Counted from the stretch's first letter, positions 23,636 to 35,925 are shown. The stretch is 49,154 nucleotides of DNA from Octopus sinensis (GCF_006345805.1 NW_021834246.1:1-49154), one strand, 5' to 3'. The notes: generated from the sequence alone by a model not told the origin. Made by a program: numbers and translations.

Positions 23636-23824
23636 AGTTACTGACTATTTCAATGCAATATACAAGAAGCATAAAATTGCACCTGGGGATCCTCCCCCAA
23701 ACATACCTTCACTGTCAGGCGATTTCTTCACCTATGCTGATCGAGATGACCACTACTGGAGTGGCTACTATACCTCGCGCCCCTTCCAGAAGGTTCTTGA
23801 CCGAGAGATGGAACACCAGCTGCG
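23636..23824 (+). CDS. MAN2A: Golgi alpha-mannosidase II-like exon B
   Basis: cgcag|..VTDYFNAI...[38 protein letters not shown]|gtaagc; hallmark GH38 class II motif. Confidence 0.95.
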
Positions 23825-24224
23825 GTAAGCCAAATACTTGCCATCCAACTAGTTATAACTGGTTGTTGATGTTTAGTCCAAGGTCAAATGAATCAAGCAA
23901 ACCTAGGACCAAAGGCATTATGGCTATGACCATTTCATCTCTTAACCCTTTAGCATTCAGATTGCTCTGTCAAATGTAATGCTTATTTATTTACATTGAG
24001 TTGAATCATGCAATCTGAATCATGTAACTTTGAGAGTTCAATGATGCAGTTATTCATTTTTAGAATGACATTGTAGGGTTGGTGTGAGAAGCCAAATCTG
24101 ACCAATTAGAATGTAAAACAAATAGAATATTTGCGCTGGATATGATTGGCTCAAATACTAATGGATTAAGGAGATATAGAATTTATGTCATTTATTGTGT
24201 CCTTCCTTTTTTTAAGATTGTAAA

Positions 24225-24645
24225 ATGTAAGTTGAGGGAGATTTAGCTTTAGCCCTTCAAGAGTCCATATACAGGATTCTCATTGACTTATCATCTGACC
24301 AGTTGTAACTAGCTGTTGGTGTTTAGCCACAGTTCAGTCTTTATTGAGCAGACCTTTGACCAAATGCACTCTATAAATGACTTTCTCATCATTTTGATAT
24401 ACCTTTTACTTCTTTAAGAAAGTTGTGTTTGAGTTAAAGGAGATTTGGCTGCTATTTGTATTAGTTCCAACTACCTTTTTTGGCAATTGTAGACATGCAT
24501 AAGACAGTAGGTTTGATTTGAGGGAGCTTTGACTACTTTTTCTATCAGGTCATTTTATCTTATAAAAGTCTCCCTGAGTTGTTTAAATGTACATATATGT
24601 ATACATAAGACAAAAGGGTGTGATTTGAGAGATTTTTGGCATACA
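24225..24645 (+). repeat. Cluster of short dispersed repeats 'gatttgagggagatttggctgctatt'
   Basis: Variants near 24235, 24438, 24515 and 24620, and again near 27820, 27910 and 44003. Confidence 0.5.
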
Positions 24646-25069
24646 TTGTGTCAGTTTTAGCAACTGTTTAGTGATATACTTCATAGATGTATATGTACAT
24701 CATTTCAACATTTCTTCCAACATACAATTGCACATCAAGGATCTTGCAAACAAATACAGAAATTGTGTGTGTGTGTGTGTGTAAATATATATGTGTGTAT
24801 GTATATATATGTATGTGTGTGTATGTATATATATATATATATATATATATAGAATATGGGGTTCACTTGTGATCTAAACAAATAAACAAATAGGTATGCT
24901 GGGTAAATTGGGTAAATGATGTAATAGATTATCAGGGTTCCAAGCACGTAACCATTTTACATTGTTGATTTAGCAGATATATATTTGTGAAAGAGGACAA
25001 CGAATGCTGAGGCACAACAAGCATCTCAAGTCATATACATTATTTTATATTATTCTGAAATTAGTTGAG

Positions 25070-25144
25070 GTCTTACAGCTGTTTCTGGATATCCCAAGTG
25101 ATAGGCAAGTATGCCTGAATATGGGGTACTCTGTCATCAGAGAC
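25070..25144 (-). ncRNA. Hammerhead ribozyme motif (left arm)
   Basis: Minus strand: gtct-CTGATGA-cagagtacccc...gggatatcca-GAAA-cagctg-TA-agac. Confidence 0.65.
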
Positions 25145-25282
25145 AAGTAGAGAACATATAAAAGATCTAGACACGGAAATATTCAGATAAAAGATCTAGA
25201 CATGGAAAATTTGCAGATAATAAGCAATGAAATAGAAGAATAGAGAGTAAGGAAATAAAGATCTTTCATATGTTTTTTACTT

Positions 25283-25358
25283 GTCTCTGATGATGGAATG
25301 CCCCATATTCAGGCATACTCACCTATCATTTGGGACATCTCAGAAACAGCTGTAAGAC
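25283..25358 (+). ncRNA. Hammerhead ribozyme motif (right arm)
   Basis: gtct-CTGATGA-tggaatgcccc...gggacatctca-GAAA-cagctg-TA-agac; predicted cleavage after 25354. Confidence 0.7.
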
Positions 25359-25439
25359 CTCAACTAATTCAAGAATAATATAAAATAATGTATATGACTT
25401 GAGATGCTTGATATGCCTCTGCATTTGTTGTCTTCTGAT

Positions 25440-25886
25440 CGATACCTTTGGCAATGTGCTCTGCTTAAGAGGATTCATCAAGCCAATTGCACCTGTACTA
25501 GTGGCATATAAAAAATTCAACCTTTGAACATTGGGCTTCACAGAGGCAAAGTGGCTGTTCCTTTTGAGTGTTGGGCCTCATGGAGGCAAAGTGGTCGAGT
25601 TCCTTTTGAGTGTTTGGCCTCACGGAGGCACTGACCAAAACCTTTGGCAATTATGTTGTGCTTGAAAAGAAGATCCTTCAAACTGAGCAAAATCGCAGTT
25701 GTGCCAGTGGTGAAAGCACCCATTATGCTCTCAGAGTGGTTGATGTTAGGAAAGGCATCCAGCCATAGAAAACCATACCAAATCAGACTGGAGCCTGGCA
25801 CAGTCTTCCAGTATGCCAGCCCAGTCAAACCATCCAACCCATGTCAGCATGGACAACAGACGTTAAATGATGATGATGATGATGAT
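25440..25886 (+). mobile_element. RTE-tail-related short retroposon or 3' fragment
   Basis: 'ggaaaggcatccagcc...ccaacccatgtcagcatggacaacagacgttaaa(tga)n'. Confidence 0.65.
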
Positions 25887-25891
25887 ATATA

Positions 25892-27579
25892 CAGGGTGAT
25901 TGGGCTAAATTTGGCAGTTTGCATATAAGGAAAAGAAAACAATATTCCATCCAAAGATAAAGATATTCTAAAGAAAATCAAAGTATATTATGGCTAGGAA
26001 GTAACATTTTACCCAAATTAGCTACCTGCAGCTTCTGTCACAGCCTCTAGATAACTCTGGAACCTCGCACATGCATTCCTTATTGTGTCCTTGGAAAGAT
26101 CTTTGAAAACCTCTTTGATCTTGGCCACAAGCTCGGGCCAGGTGTTGCAGACAGAGTGGTAGATGCCTTTCTCAATGACACCTCATACATAATAATCCTT
26201 AGGGGCCGGTGAAGCCATACAAATTCTCCAACAGCCACTTCTGACTTTTTCCAGAGTCAAGGCCACACACATGGCCTTTTAGCAGCAGTCCTCTACAGCC
26301 AGAGTTTGACTACAGTCTCAGCAGCTTCACATAGCTGTCTAAATTAAGCCTAATCCCCTGTTCACCAGTTGTTGGATGAAATTCCACATGTGGACATGTC
26401 ATAATGCCTACTATGTCCTTCCTGCTCACTATGGCTTTGTAGATTTTGCTGCAGCTGTCCATGTCATATCTTATAACCTATGAAGTGTTCACAGAGCATT
26501 GAACAGGAGTTAGGATGTTGGCATTTTGACACCCAGCATCAATCATCATCAGTCCTCCATGTCAACTAACCTTTTTTCACCTCTTTAATCTTTATGCTCA
26601 CCAACACTGTCCACCAATACATCAAGCTAACAAAAAAACTCCACTTTTCACACACTTTACCTCAACAAACCAAACCACATCTCTTCACTTCCTCCCATTT
26701 CCTTTTTCTCATGCCCTATGCTTATGCTTATCTCTCACTCCCCAATCCTGTCATCTCCCACTCCCTCTATATACCCAGTTTTCAACAGTCACTGCATTCC
26801 CCATCCCCACACTCCTTACATTCCTACTCATGCACCTTTGGCAATACCTTACCATTTATATTCTGAACCCCATACCTTGACGGTATGCCATAGCACTTCA
26901 CCACCATCTATCTCTCTCTTGCTCTATTCTACCAGCCTATCTATATTCTGATTTCACTTCCTTCTCAGTATGCCCTGGCACTTCTCCACCATCTCTCCTC
27001 TGCTCTCGCTCTCTCTCTCCCTCTCACTGGTTAACCATGTATCTCCTCTACAGCCACACACCTGTTTCTGTCCTCATTCTTGATCACTTCCCACCTCTGG
27101 CCAAGTAACCATGTATCTCTTTAGCAAGTCACCTCTTTCTATCTCTCTTTCACACTCTAACCTTTCATAATCTGGCACAAGATCACCCCCCTCCAATGCT
27201 CTCTCCCCTCTCAAAAGATCTTTGTCTTGCGAGTTACTCAGTGCCCATACCAATGCTGATACCATGTAAAAAGCATCCAGTCTATATTGTAAAGTGGTTG
27301 GCATTTGGAAGGGCATCCAGCTGTAAAAATCATGCCAGAACTGACCTCGCCTATGCTGGTGCCATGTCCACTCTCTGGGATGGTTGGTGTTAGGAAGGGC
27401 ATCTAGTCATATAAACCATGCAAAAACAGAGACTGAAGCTTGGTGCAGTCTTCCGTCCAGCCAGTTTCTCTCAAACCATCCAACACATGCCAGCATGGAA
27501 AGGATGATGAAGATGATGATGATAATATTCCTTTAAAAAATGAGACATAAAAATAATGAAAGTTAGCCCAAACCCTCTG
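25892..27579 (-). mobile_element. Decayed Tc1/mariner DNA transposon with a nested retroposon fragment (~26560-27525)
   Basis: TA-flanked TIRs 'cagggtgattgggctaaattt' / 'aagttagcccaaaccctctg'; minus-strand transposase C-terminal remnant 'ELVAKIKEVFKDLSKDTIRNACARF' at ~26030-26200. Confidence 0.7.
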
Positions 27580-27960
27580 TATATATATCTTTACCTCTAA
27601 CGATATATTGAAAAATAATTTGGAGATGATGTTGAAACTATTAGCAGCTTCAACATTTTCATAAGCTAGAATTACCCTGGAAATGGCTTTTTTTGTCTGT
27701 ATGAAAACACTAAGAACATTCTCTCTTACTCTCTATTCCTAAATTACCACCATTATAAAAAGTAAAAATAAAAAAAAACACTCCATGAATTTCATTCAGA
27801 CTGTAGGTTGTAATTTCAGGGAGATTGGCTGCTATTTCTAGCATATTTAGCTACCATTTAGAGGTTTCCCCTGTTAGCTCGTACATACATACTTAAGATC
27901 AAAGGGTGTGATTTGAGGAAGATTTGACTGCTATTTCTAGCAGTTCAAGTGACTGTAGAG

Positions 27961-28244
27961 TAAGAGTTCTCAACCATTTTTTACCTGTGGACACATTTGA
28001 TTACTATTTTATTCTGGTGGACCCCCATAGCCATTCAAAGTTTTGTTTTTCACACATTGACTTGTGTCGGTTGAACTACGTAAAATGTTAGAGAAAGAAA
28101 CCTAACTGTTTCTGCAATACTTACCAATACATATATCTAAAGCAAAATTCTTTCAGGGGCCTTCAAAATACTGTTGTAGATCCCTAATTTACTATTTTGC
28201 TGCATGGCCTCTGGTTTTATATGGACCCTGGTTGAGAACCACTG
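27961..28244. mobile_element. hAT/Charlie-like MITE
   Basis: Ends 'gttctcaacc' / 'ggttgagaaccactg', resembling CAGTGGTTCTCAACC-type TIRs. Confidence 0.5.
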
Positions 28245-28387
28245 TCTTTATAGCATTTGTAGGTGGTGTGTGCTGTGACATTGCTTTTTTAGTTGCCTTG
28301 ATTTAGCTTACATTCATGGGATGCATTTTTATGAAATGTCAGGTGTCAGGCATGTGCTTTATATCTTGTATTGTGTCTGTTATACAG

Positions 28388-28570
28388 GAGCGCTGAGATC
28401 CTTTTCTTTCTGGTCAGTCGGTATCTTAAGATACATGATGGCATCAAATTCCCTCTCATAGAGTTCATGCAGAGTCTGGTTAATGCTCGACGGAACATTG
28501 CACTGTTTCAGCACCATGATGGTATTACGGGGACTTCCAAGGACGTCGTAGTTGACGACTATATTGACAG
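28388..28570 (+). CDS. MAN2A: Golgi alpha-mannosidase II-like exon C
   Basis: tacag|..SAEILFF...ARRNIALFQHHDGITGTSKDVVVDDYIDR|gtttgt; contains the zinc-ligand HHD motif; phase 2 matches exon B. Confidence 0.95.
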
Positions 28571-28629
28571 GTTTGTATCATTGTCTGCTTGTTTATTCTG
28601 TGCATATATGTATGTGTCTGTATATGTAA

Positions 28630-30170
28630 TATATACTAGGTATATTTAGCCACAGGAGAAGTAGAAAGAAAGAAGTCTGCTGGTGTTCTGCAGCATGAGG
28701 ACCAGGGACTTGAGGTGTTTGGGATTGCAAGACAGTGTATCAGAGAGAATTGCGATGCTGTAGGAGAGAAGAGTGCATTTGCAGTTAGTTATTCTGCAAA
28801 GAAAGAGACTTGGAGATTCCACTATGTGAGGCTGTTAAATGTTGAGAACACATGTGAGAAGAGGAGTCTGTCCAATGTGGATCCAACAGAGGAACCAGCT
28901 ATCCAAATAGACAGTAGCTTGACTGATAAAGCAATTGAAGATATGAAAGCAAAGAAAGCCCCTAGCCCTTCAGAAATCACTGCTGATATGGCCTAGTTAT
29001 CTGTAGAGTTAATCAGGTTATCAACAATGGAGTCATACCCAATGGCTGGTGTAGCAGTAACTGCTACAATGGTAAAGGTGACACCTTAGATAGAAACAAT
29101 TACAGAGGTATCAAATTGGTGGACCAGATGATGAAAGTTACAGGGATGGTCATAGTTCAACTAATTAGGTTCAACTAATAAGAGAGTTAGCTTCGATGAG
29201 ATGCAGTTTGGTTTTGTACCTGGTAGAAGCACTACTCATGCTATCTTCCTGGTAGGAGAAACATGTAGCCAAGAATAAACCTGTATTTGACTTTTGTTGA
29301 CATATAGAAAACCTTTGTCAGGGTCCCCTGCTCCCTTATCTACTGGTCAATGCAAAAGCTAGGGATAGATGAGTGTACAATACATGTACAGAATGATGTC
29401 AGTAAGGTGAAGGTTGATAATGAGTATAGCAATGAATTTAGTAGGAGTTCACCAAGGATCAGTTCTCATCCCCCTTTTGTTTATCATAATCCACCAAGCA
29501 ATAACAGAGGGATTTAAGATCCCTTGGGAGCTCCTCTATGCTGATGATCTTGTTTTTATAACTGAATTACTACCCAAACTAGAGAGGAAATTTCAGGTAT
29601 GGAAGCAAAGTCTGGAATCTAAAGGCCTTAGACAAATCACAAGTCTCTTCAGAGAAATGGCTTTGCTTGGATATGTAAGAAGGGTGTTGGTAAAAACTCC
29701 ATATGTTGTACTCAGTGCAAGCTTTGGACACATAAGAGCTGTATTGGTGTCACAGGAAGGCTAACAATGAAAGTAGTCTTTGTGTGTGGCAAATGTGCAG
29801 GTACAATAAATACTAAGAATGTAAAAGCAGATTGTATTATGCCTGTGTACATACAGCTATGTTACCTGGCAGTGAAACATGGGCTGTGACTGCAGAGGAC
29901 ATGAGAAGGGTTGAAAGGATTGAAGCCAGCATGCTCTGCTGGATGGATAATGTCAGTAAAGGATTTAAGAGAAAAACTAGGTTTCAGGGGCATCAGTTGT
30001 AGTGTGAAAGAGGGAAGACTGCACTGATATGATCATGTTATGCATATGGAGGTGGATAGCTGCATAAAGAAGTGATGATTTCTAATCGTGGAAGGAACAT
30101 ATGGAAGGGGCAGACTCAGGAAGATGTGGGGTGAAGTGGTGACGGATCTTCAGATGGCAAGAGACTGAGA
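28630..30170 (+). mobile_element. Decayed RTE-clade LINE
   Basis: 'GVHQGSVL..PWELLYADDL'; many stops and deletions. Confidence 0.8.
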
Positions 30171-30249
30171 CCAATATTCTGCAAGAACTTGTTTATCATG
30201 TTCTTGCAGAATATTGGAAATGAATGACACTGCTTCTGTGATAGTGACA

Positions 30250-30470
30250 ATCATTTACAGTTATCACACAACACAAAACAAAAGACCCACGCACGTGTGC
30301 ACACACACATACACACATATATGTACACATACGATGGGCTACTTTCAGCTTCTGTGCATCAAATCTCCTCACAAGATTTTGATCAATCTAAGGCTGTCAC
30401 ATAGCAGGACTGAACCTGCAACCAGTGGTCAGAAAGTAAGCCTCTTTTACGCAACCATGCCTGTGCATCC
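30250..30470 (-). mobile_element. Decayed tRNA-derived SINE (second family)
   Basis: Similar to 36340-36685 and 48742-48870 ('ctttcagcttctgt..caaatctcctcacaag...ggactgaacc'). Confidence 0.5.
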
Positions 30471-30523
<53 letters not shown>

Positions 30524-30539
30524 TACACACACACACACA

Positions 30540-31556
30540 CAGTGCAGATGGTATTTGAGGACAGATTTATGCTTTTTAAAAACACTTATATAATAACAGA
30601 AAGAAACTGTATTTTTAGAAAAATAACATAAACATAAATCTAAATTATTATTTTAATAATTTCATTCAATAAAACCACCATAAGCATCAATAACTGCCTC
30701 TACATGGGGTCGAAATCATTTACAATCTCAGATTAAATTGTCCTTGTTCATATTGAACGACTCGAACTATGGTGGCTTTCAAAGAATCTTTAGTGCTATG
30801 GGGGTGTTCATTGACATTTTTCTCGACAATGCTCCATACAAAGTAATCCAGTGGATTGAGATCTTTAGAGATATAAGGCCTTCCATTGTAAACACTGTTG
30901 ATCCAAAGCTTAACAACTTTATCCAGAACCTCAATATATACAGCAGTATTCATCCTAAGGCCTTGTAGAAAAAAGTGAGGAGGCATCACATGTCCTTCAT
31001 TGTTAACAGCATCCAAAAACATGACACTTGCAGGAAGTTTTGTATGCATTACTCTTGGAACCTCAGAAGTGTCTGTACATAGCCACCTGTTATCTGTTAG
31101 TTTTCTGGTCCTGGTCAAAGTTTTCTCATCTGAGAAAAACCAAATCATACCATCTTCTGATGGATATTTAAGCTTGTTCAAAAATCTTTTGATTCTGATT
31201 AAGCAGTTTTCTTTTGATTTTTCTGACATTAATTGACCTCTCCTCATCATGTAAGATTTGTATCAGATACCTTCACGCACAACATTTCTGATTATTTTTC
31301 TGACACAGAAAATTTTTTTTGCAATTGACCTCATTGATTTTCCTGGATTGTTTTCAATGTTTTGCTTAACTTCTTGAATAAATTCAGGTGTCCTGATAGA
31401 ATCAGAATGTGTGGAATGTTTTTTTATGTTTTGATACAGGTAATACGCTTCCTCTAACTCCTACCAAATCTTGTGGACAAAAGATCTTGCAACTTTCAGA
31501 AAACAAGAAATTTCTAAATCACCATGTTTAGCCTCCAAAGCCACCATCAAAGCATG
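30540..31556 (-). mobile_element. Tc1/mariner superfamily transposase remnant, DD37D/maT-like
   Basis: ORF 30720-31250: 'WFFSDEK', 'VMFLDAVNNEGHVMPPHFF', 'DLNPLDYFVWSIVEK'; middle Asp region deleted. Confidence 0.75.
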
Positions 31557-32046
31557 CCATGATTGTTTTTGATTGATATTATTGTAGACAATCCATTTTC
31601 CATCACCTGTGATGATTTGTTTCAAAAACAGGTCGATTTCATTGTGTTTTAAATACATATCGCAAATGTTGATTCATTGTGTTGAGTGAATCTCTTTCAA
31701 TTTATGTGGAACCCAAATGTCAAGCTTCTTAACAAGTCTGAGACATTTTAAATGGTTTTCAATTGTTATGTATGATACATTTAACCTCTCTGCAATCTCT
31801 CACACAGTTATATAGCAATTAAATTCAATTATAGCTTTGATACGGTCATCATCAACTTCTGTAGGTTGACCAAAACATTGGTTACTTTTGAGTGAAAAAT
31901 CTCCAGAATGGAATTTTTTAAACCATTTCTGACATGTGCATTCTGTTAAGCAATCAACACCATAAACTTCACATATCTCTTTGTGAACCTCAGCAGCTTT
32001 CTTGCCTTTACCAAAATGAAAAAGCAAAATATGGCAAAAATGTTCA
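31557..32046 (-). mobile_element. mariner (Mos1/Hsmar-like) transposase N-terminal remnant
   Basis: 'HILLFHF..GKKAAEVHKEICEVYG...CQKWFKKF..GDFSL' and 'QIITGDGKWIVYNN'. Confidence 0.8.
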
Positions 32047-33390
32047 TTATCATCATCATTCAACATCCACTCTCCTTGCTGGCATGGTTTAGACAGTTTG
32101 ACAGGAACTGACGAGCTGGAGAGCTGCACCAAGTTCCAGTCTGATTTGGCATGGTTTCTACTGTTGGATGCCCTTCCCAACATGAGCCACTCCAGGAGTG
32201 TAATGGATACTTTTACATGCAACCATGACTACAATTCATGGGTGCCGTTTGCATGGCACCAGTAACAAAAACTCACAGGTGCCATTTACATGGCACTGCC
32301 AATGAGAACGATTCCTGGATACCAATTTTCAGGACTTAATCAATGACCATGACTATGATACACAGATGCCATGAATGACCATGACCTCAATGCATTGGGT
32401 GTTATTTACATGGCACTAGCATGGCCACAACTATGATTTTATTTCGCCTGACGAGTCCTCTTACACACAGCATATTGCCAGAGGTCTCAGTCACTTGTCA
32501 TCATCTCCATGAAGCCCAACATTTGAAGACCATGCTTCACCACCTCATTCCATGTCTTCCTGGTCTACCTCTTCCACAGGTTCCCTTCACAGTTAGAGAT
32601 TGGCACTTCTTTACACAGTTGTCCTCATCCAGATGCATCATATGACCATATAAATGCAGTTGTCTCCCTTGCACATCACATCTGATGCCTCTTATGCCCA
32701 GCTTTTCTCTCAAGATGCTTACACTCTGTCATACATGCACACTGACTTTGCACATCCAGCAAAGCATACTCTGCTTCATTTCTTTCAAGATTACACATGT
32801 CCTTGGTAGTCATAGCCTGTGTTTTACTGCCATGTAGCACAACTGTTCAAACACAGACATCATACAGTCTGCCTTTCACTCTGAGGGAGAGGCCCTTTGG
32901 TACCAACAGAGATAGGAACACTCTGAACTTTGCCCATCCTATTGTTATTCTTACAGCTATACTCTCGGAGCATCCACCTCCACTTACCTGCCTGGCATTT
33001 GATGCTGAGTCTATTTTCTGTGCATTTCTGGTGTTTATTGTACCTGTACACCTTACACATACAAAAACTATTTTCCAAGTTAACTTCCTCTGATATTGCT
33101 GCACCTCTTATGTATCTATAGCTTACACTGGGTACATCTTATTCAGTTTCTACCTATGCCTTTTCTACAGATTGAGCGGGGCTATCTACCTTAGGGGATT
33201 TGTGATTTGTCTGCTTTCTGGTGAGAATGTAGTCAATCTGGCTTTATAGGTTATCAAGTGACTTGCTGGCTTTCTGATGTTGCAGATCATTGGGTCATTT
33301 GTGTGACAGAATTTCAGCAGCTTTATATACTTCTCATTTTGGCAACCAATTCCATGTCCCTCATGCACCCCATGGAAGATATCTGGGTGC
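32047..33390 (-). mobile_element. Decayed, internally deleted RTE-clade LINE
   Basis: (tca)n tail at ~32047; 'VRITIGWAKFR...GLSLRVKGRLYD'; EN remnant at 33186-33368. Confidence 0.8.
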
Positions 33391-33404
33391 CGCTTATGTG
33401 TGTA

Positions 33405-33436
<32 letters not shown>

Positions 33437-33662
33437 TGGTAAAACGGTAAGATAACAAAAGAAAGAAAGAGACCTCAATATTATGTAAATAGAGGAAATT
33501 TATCTGTAAAATAATGTGACAATTATTCTGTAGCCAAGATAAAACTCTGAGTTTCGGATGCCGAAACACCACCATCTCTTCGGTTATCTGGAGATGGCCA
33601 GATAACCGAAGAGATGGTGGTGTTTCGGCATCCGAATAATTGTCACATATTATTTTACAGAT
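33437..33662. repeat. Fold-back element in (TA)n with a perfect 39-bp hairpin and a variant hammerhead-like motif
   Basis: Arms 33553-33591 and 33598-33636; outer IR ~33502-33529 / 33634-33662. Confidence 0.75.
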
Positions 33663-33677
33663 ATATATATATATATA

Positions 33678-35892
33678 AGGTTACGGAGAGGGTCATAGCC
33701 CAACTAATTAGAGAGAGAGTTAGTTTAGATGAGATGCAGTTTGGGTTCGTGCCAGGGAAAAGTACCACTGATGCTATATTCCTGGTAAGGCAGCTGCAGG
33801 AGAAATACCTAGCCAAAGATAAGCCCCTGTACCTGGCTTTCGTTGACATGGAGAAAGCTTTTGATAGGGTCCCCCGATCCTTATCTGGTGGTCAATGAGG
33901 AAACTAGGGATAGATGAATGGCTGGTGAGGACTGTGCAAGCCATGTACAGAGATGCCGTAAGTAAGGTTAGGGTTGGCAACATGTACACAGAAGAATTCA
34001 AAGTAGAGGTTGGGGTCCACCAGGGTTCAGTACTCAGCCCCCTCCTATTTATCATAGTACTCCAGGCAATTACGGAGGAGGATTCAAGACAGGCTGTCCC
34101 TGGGAGCTCCTCTACGCTGACGACCTTGCTCTTATTGCTGAGTCACTATCAGAACTGGAGGAGAAGTTCCAGGTGTGGAAGGAGGGTTTAGAATCAAGGG
34201 GCCTTAGAGTCAACCTAGCTAAAACCAAAGTACTAATAAGTAGAAAGGTAGACAATCCACAAATATCTTCAGGAAGATGGCCCTGCTCGATCTGTAGAAA
34301 AGGTGTAGGTAGAAACTCTATAAGATGTACCCAGTGTAAGCTATGGACACATAAGAGGTGCAGCAATGTCAAAGGTAGGCTAACTGGGAAGATAGTTTTT
34401 GTATGTGGCAGATGCTCGGGAGCATTAACCTCCGAAAATCTGCAGAAAACAACTTCCGTCACTTTCCAGGGGGAAAAACTAGAAGTAGTTGATAGCTTCC
34501 GTTATCTAGGTGACCAAGTCAGTAGTGGGGGTGGGTGCGCTGAAAGTGTAACTGCTAGAATAAGAATAGCCTGGGCAAAGTTTAGGGAGCTCTTACCTCT
34601 GCTGGTGACTAAAGGCCTCTCGCTCAGAGTAAAAGGCAGACTGTATGATGCGTGTGTACGAACAGCCATGCTACATGGCAGCGAAACATGGGCCGTGACT
34701 GCTGAGGACATGCGTAAGCTCGTGAGGAATGAAGCCAGTATGCTCCGATGGATGTGTAATGTCAGTGTACATACTCGACAGAGCGTTAGCACCTTGAGAG
34801 AATGTTGTTGTACCTAAGAAGCATCAGTTGTGGTGTGCAAGAGAGACGATTGCGCTGGTATGGTCATGTGGCGAGAATGGATGAAGATAGGTGTGTGAGA
34901 AAGTGCCAATCCCTAGCAGTTGAGGGAACCCGTGGGAGAGGTAGACCCAGGAAAACCTGGGACGAGGTGGTGAAGCACGACCTTCGAACTTTAGGCCTCA
35001 CTGAGGAAATGACCAGAGACCGAGACCTTTGGAAATATTCTGTACGTGAGAAGACCAGGCAGGACAAGTGAGCCCAGCCCACTTATGAATGCCTTTCCTC
35101 CCTTGGACACAAAGACCGGCTGAGGCAAGCGAAGTCGATATAGAACCTCATCCGACGACAGACACCCATGCCAACCCCCCATGCTTGCGAAGACATGTTG
35201 GGGCAAGCGAAATCGAAATCGAAATCGAAACCGAATTGAACCAGCCAGGATCCCTGGCCTGGTGGTACGTAAAAAGCACTATCCGACTCATGGCCGTGGC
35301 ACGTAAAATACTCCAATGCGACCGTACGACAGGCACCCATGCCAACCTCCTTTGCTTGTGAAGACATTGGGGCAAGCGAAATCGAAATCGAAATCGAATT
35401 GAACCAGCCAGGATCCCTGGTCTGGTGGTACGTAAAAAGCACTATCCGACTCGTGGCCGTGACACGTAAAATACTCCAATGCGACCGTATGACAGGCACC
35501 CTTGCCAACCCCCTTTGCTTGTGAAGACATGTTGGGGCAAGCGAAATCGAAATCGAATTGAACCAGCCAGGATCCCTGGTCTGGTGGTACGTAAAAAGCA
35601 CTATCCAACTCGTGGCCGATGCCAGCACCGCCCGTCTGGCTTCCGTGCCGGTGGCACATAAAATACACCAATCTGACCGTGGCCGTTGCCAGCCCCGCCT
35701 GGCACCTGTGCAGGTGGCACGTAAAAAGCACCCACTACACTCACGGAGTGGTTGGCGTTAGGAAGGGCATCCAGCTGTAGAAACATTGCCAAATTAGACT
35801 GGAGCCTGGTGCAGCCTTCTGGCTTCCCAGAACCCCGGTCGAACCGTCCAACCCATGCTAGCATGGAGAACGGACGTTAAACGACGATGATG

Positions 35893-35895
<3 letters not shown>
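33678..35895 (+). mobile_element. 5'-truncated RTE-clade LINE with PHD insert; tandem amplification in the 3' UTR
   Basis: ORF pieces 33614-33898, 33895-34191, 34173-34817, 34802-35071; tail 'ggacgttaaacgacgatgatgat'. Confidence 0.92.
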
Positions 35896-35924
<29 letters not shown>

Positions 35925-35925
35925 G

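Larger units (their letters stand above)
24993..25435. mobile_element. Fold-back element with ~175-bp inverted arms, each carrying a hammerhead motif
   Basis: 24993-25166 is the reverse complement of 25259-25435. Confidence 0.85.

Noticed and set aside
23823-23846. 'ggtaagccaaatacttgccatc' resembling the 28S sequence downstream of the R2 site
   Set aside because: Short imperfect match that coincides with a splice donor; no further 28S homology.
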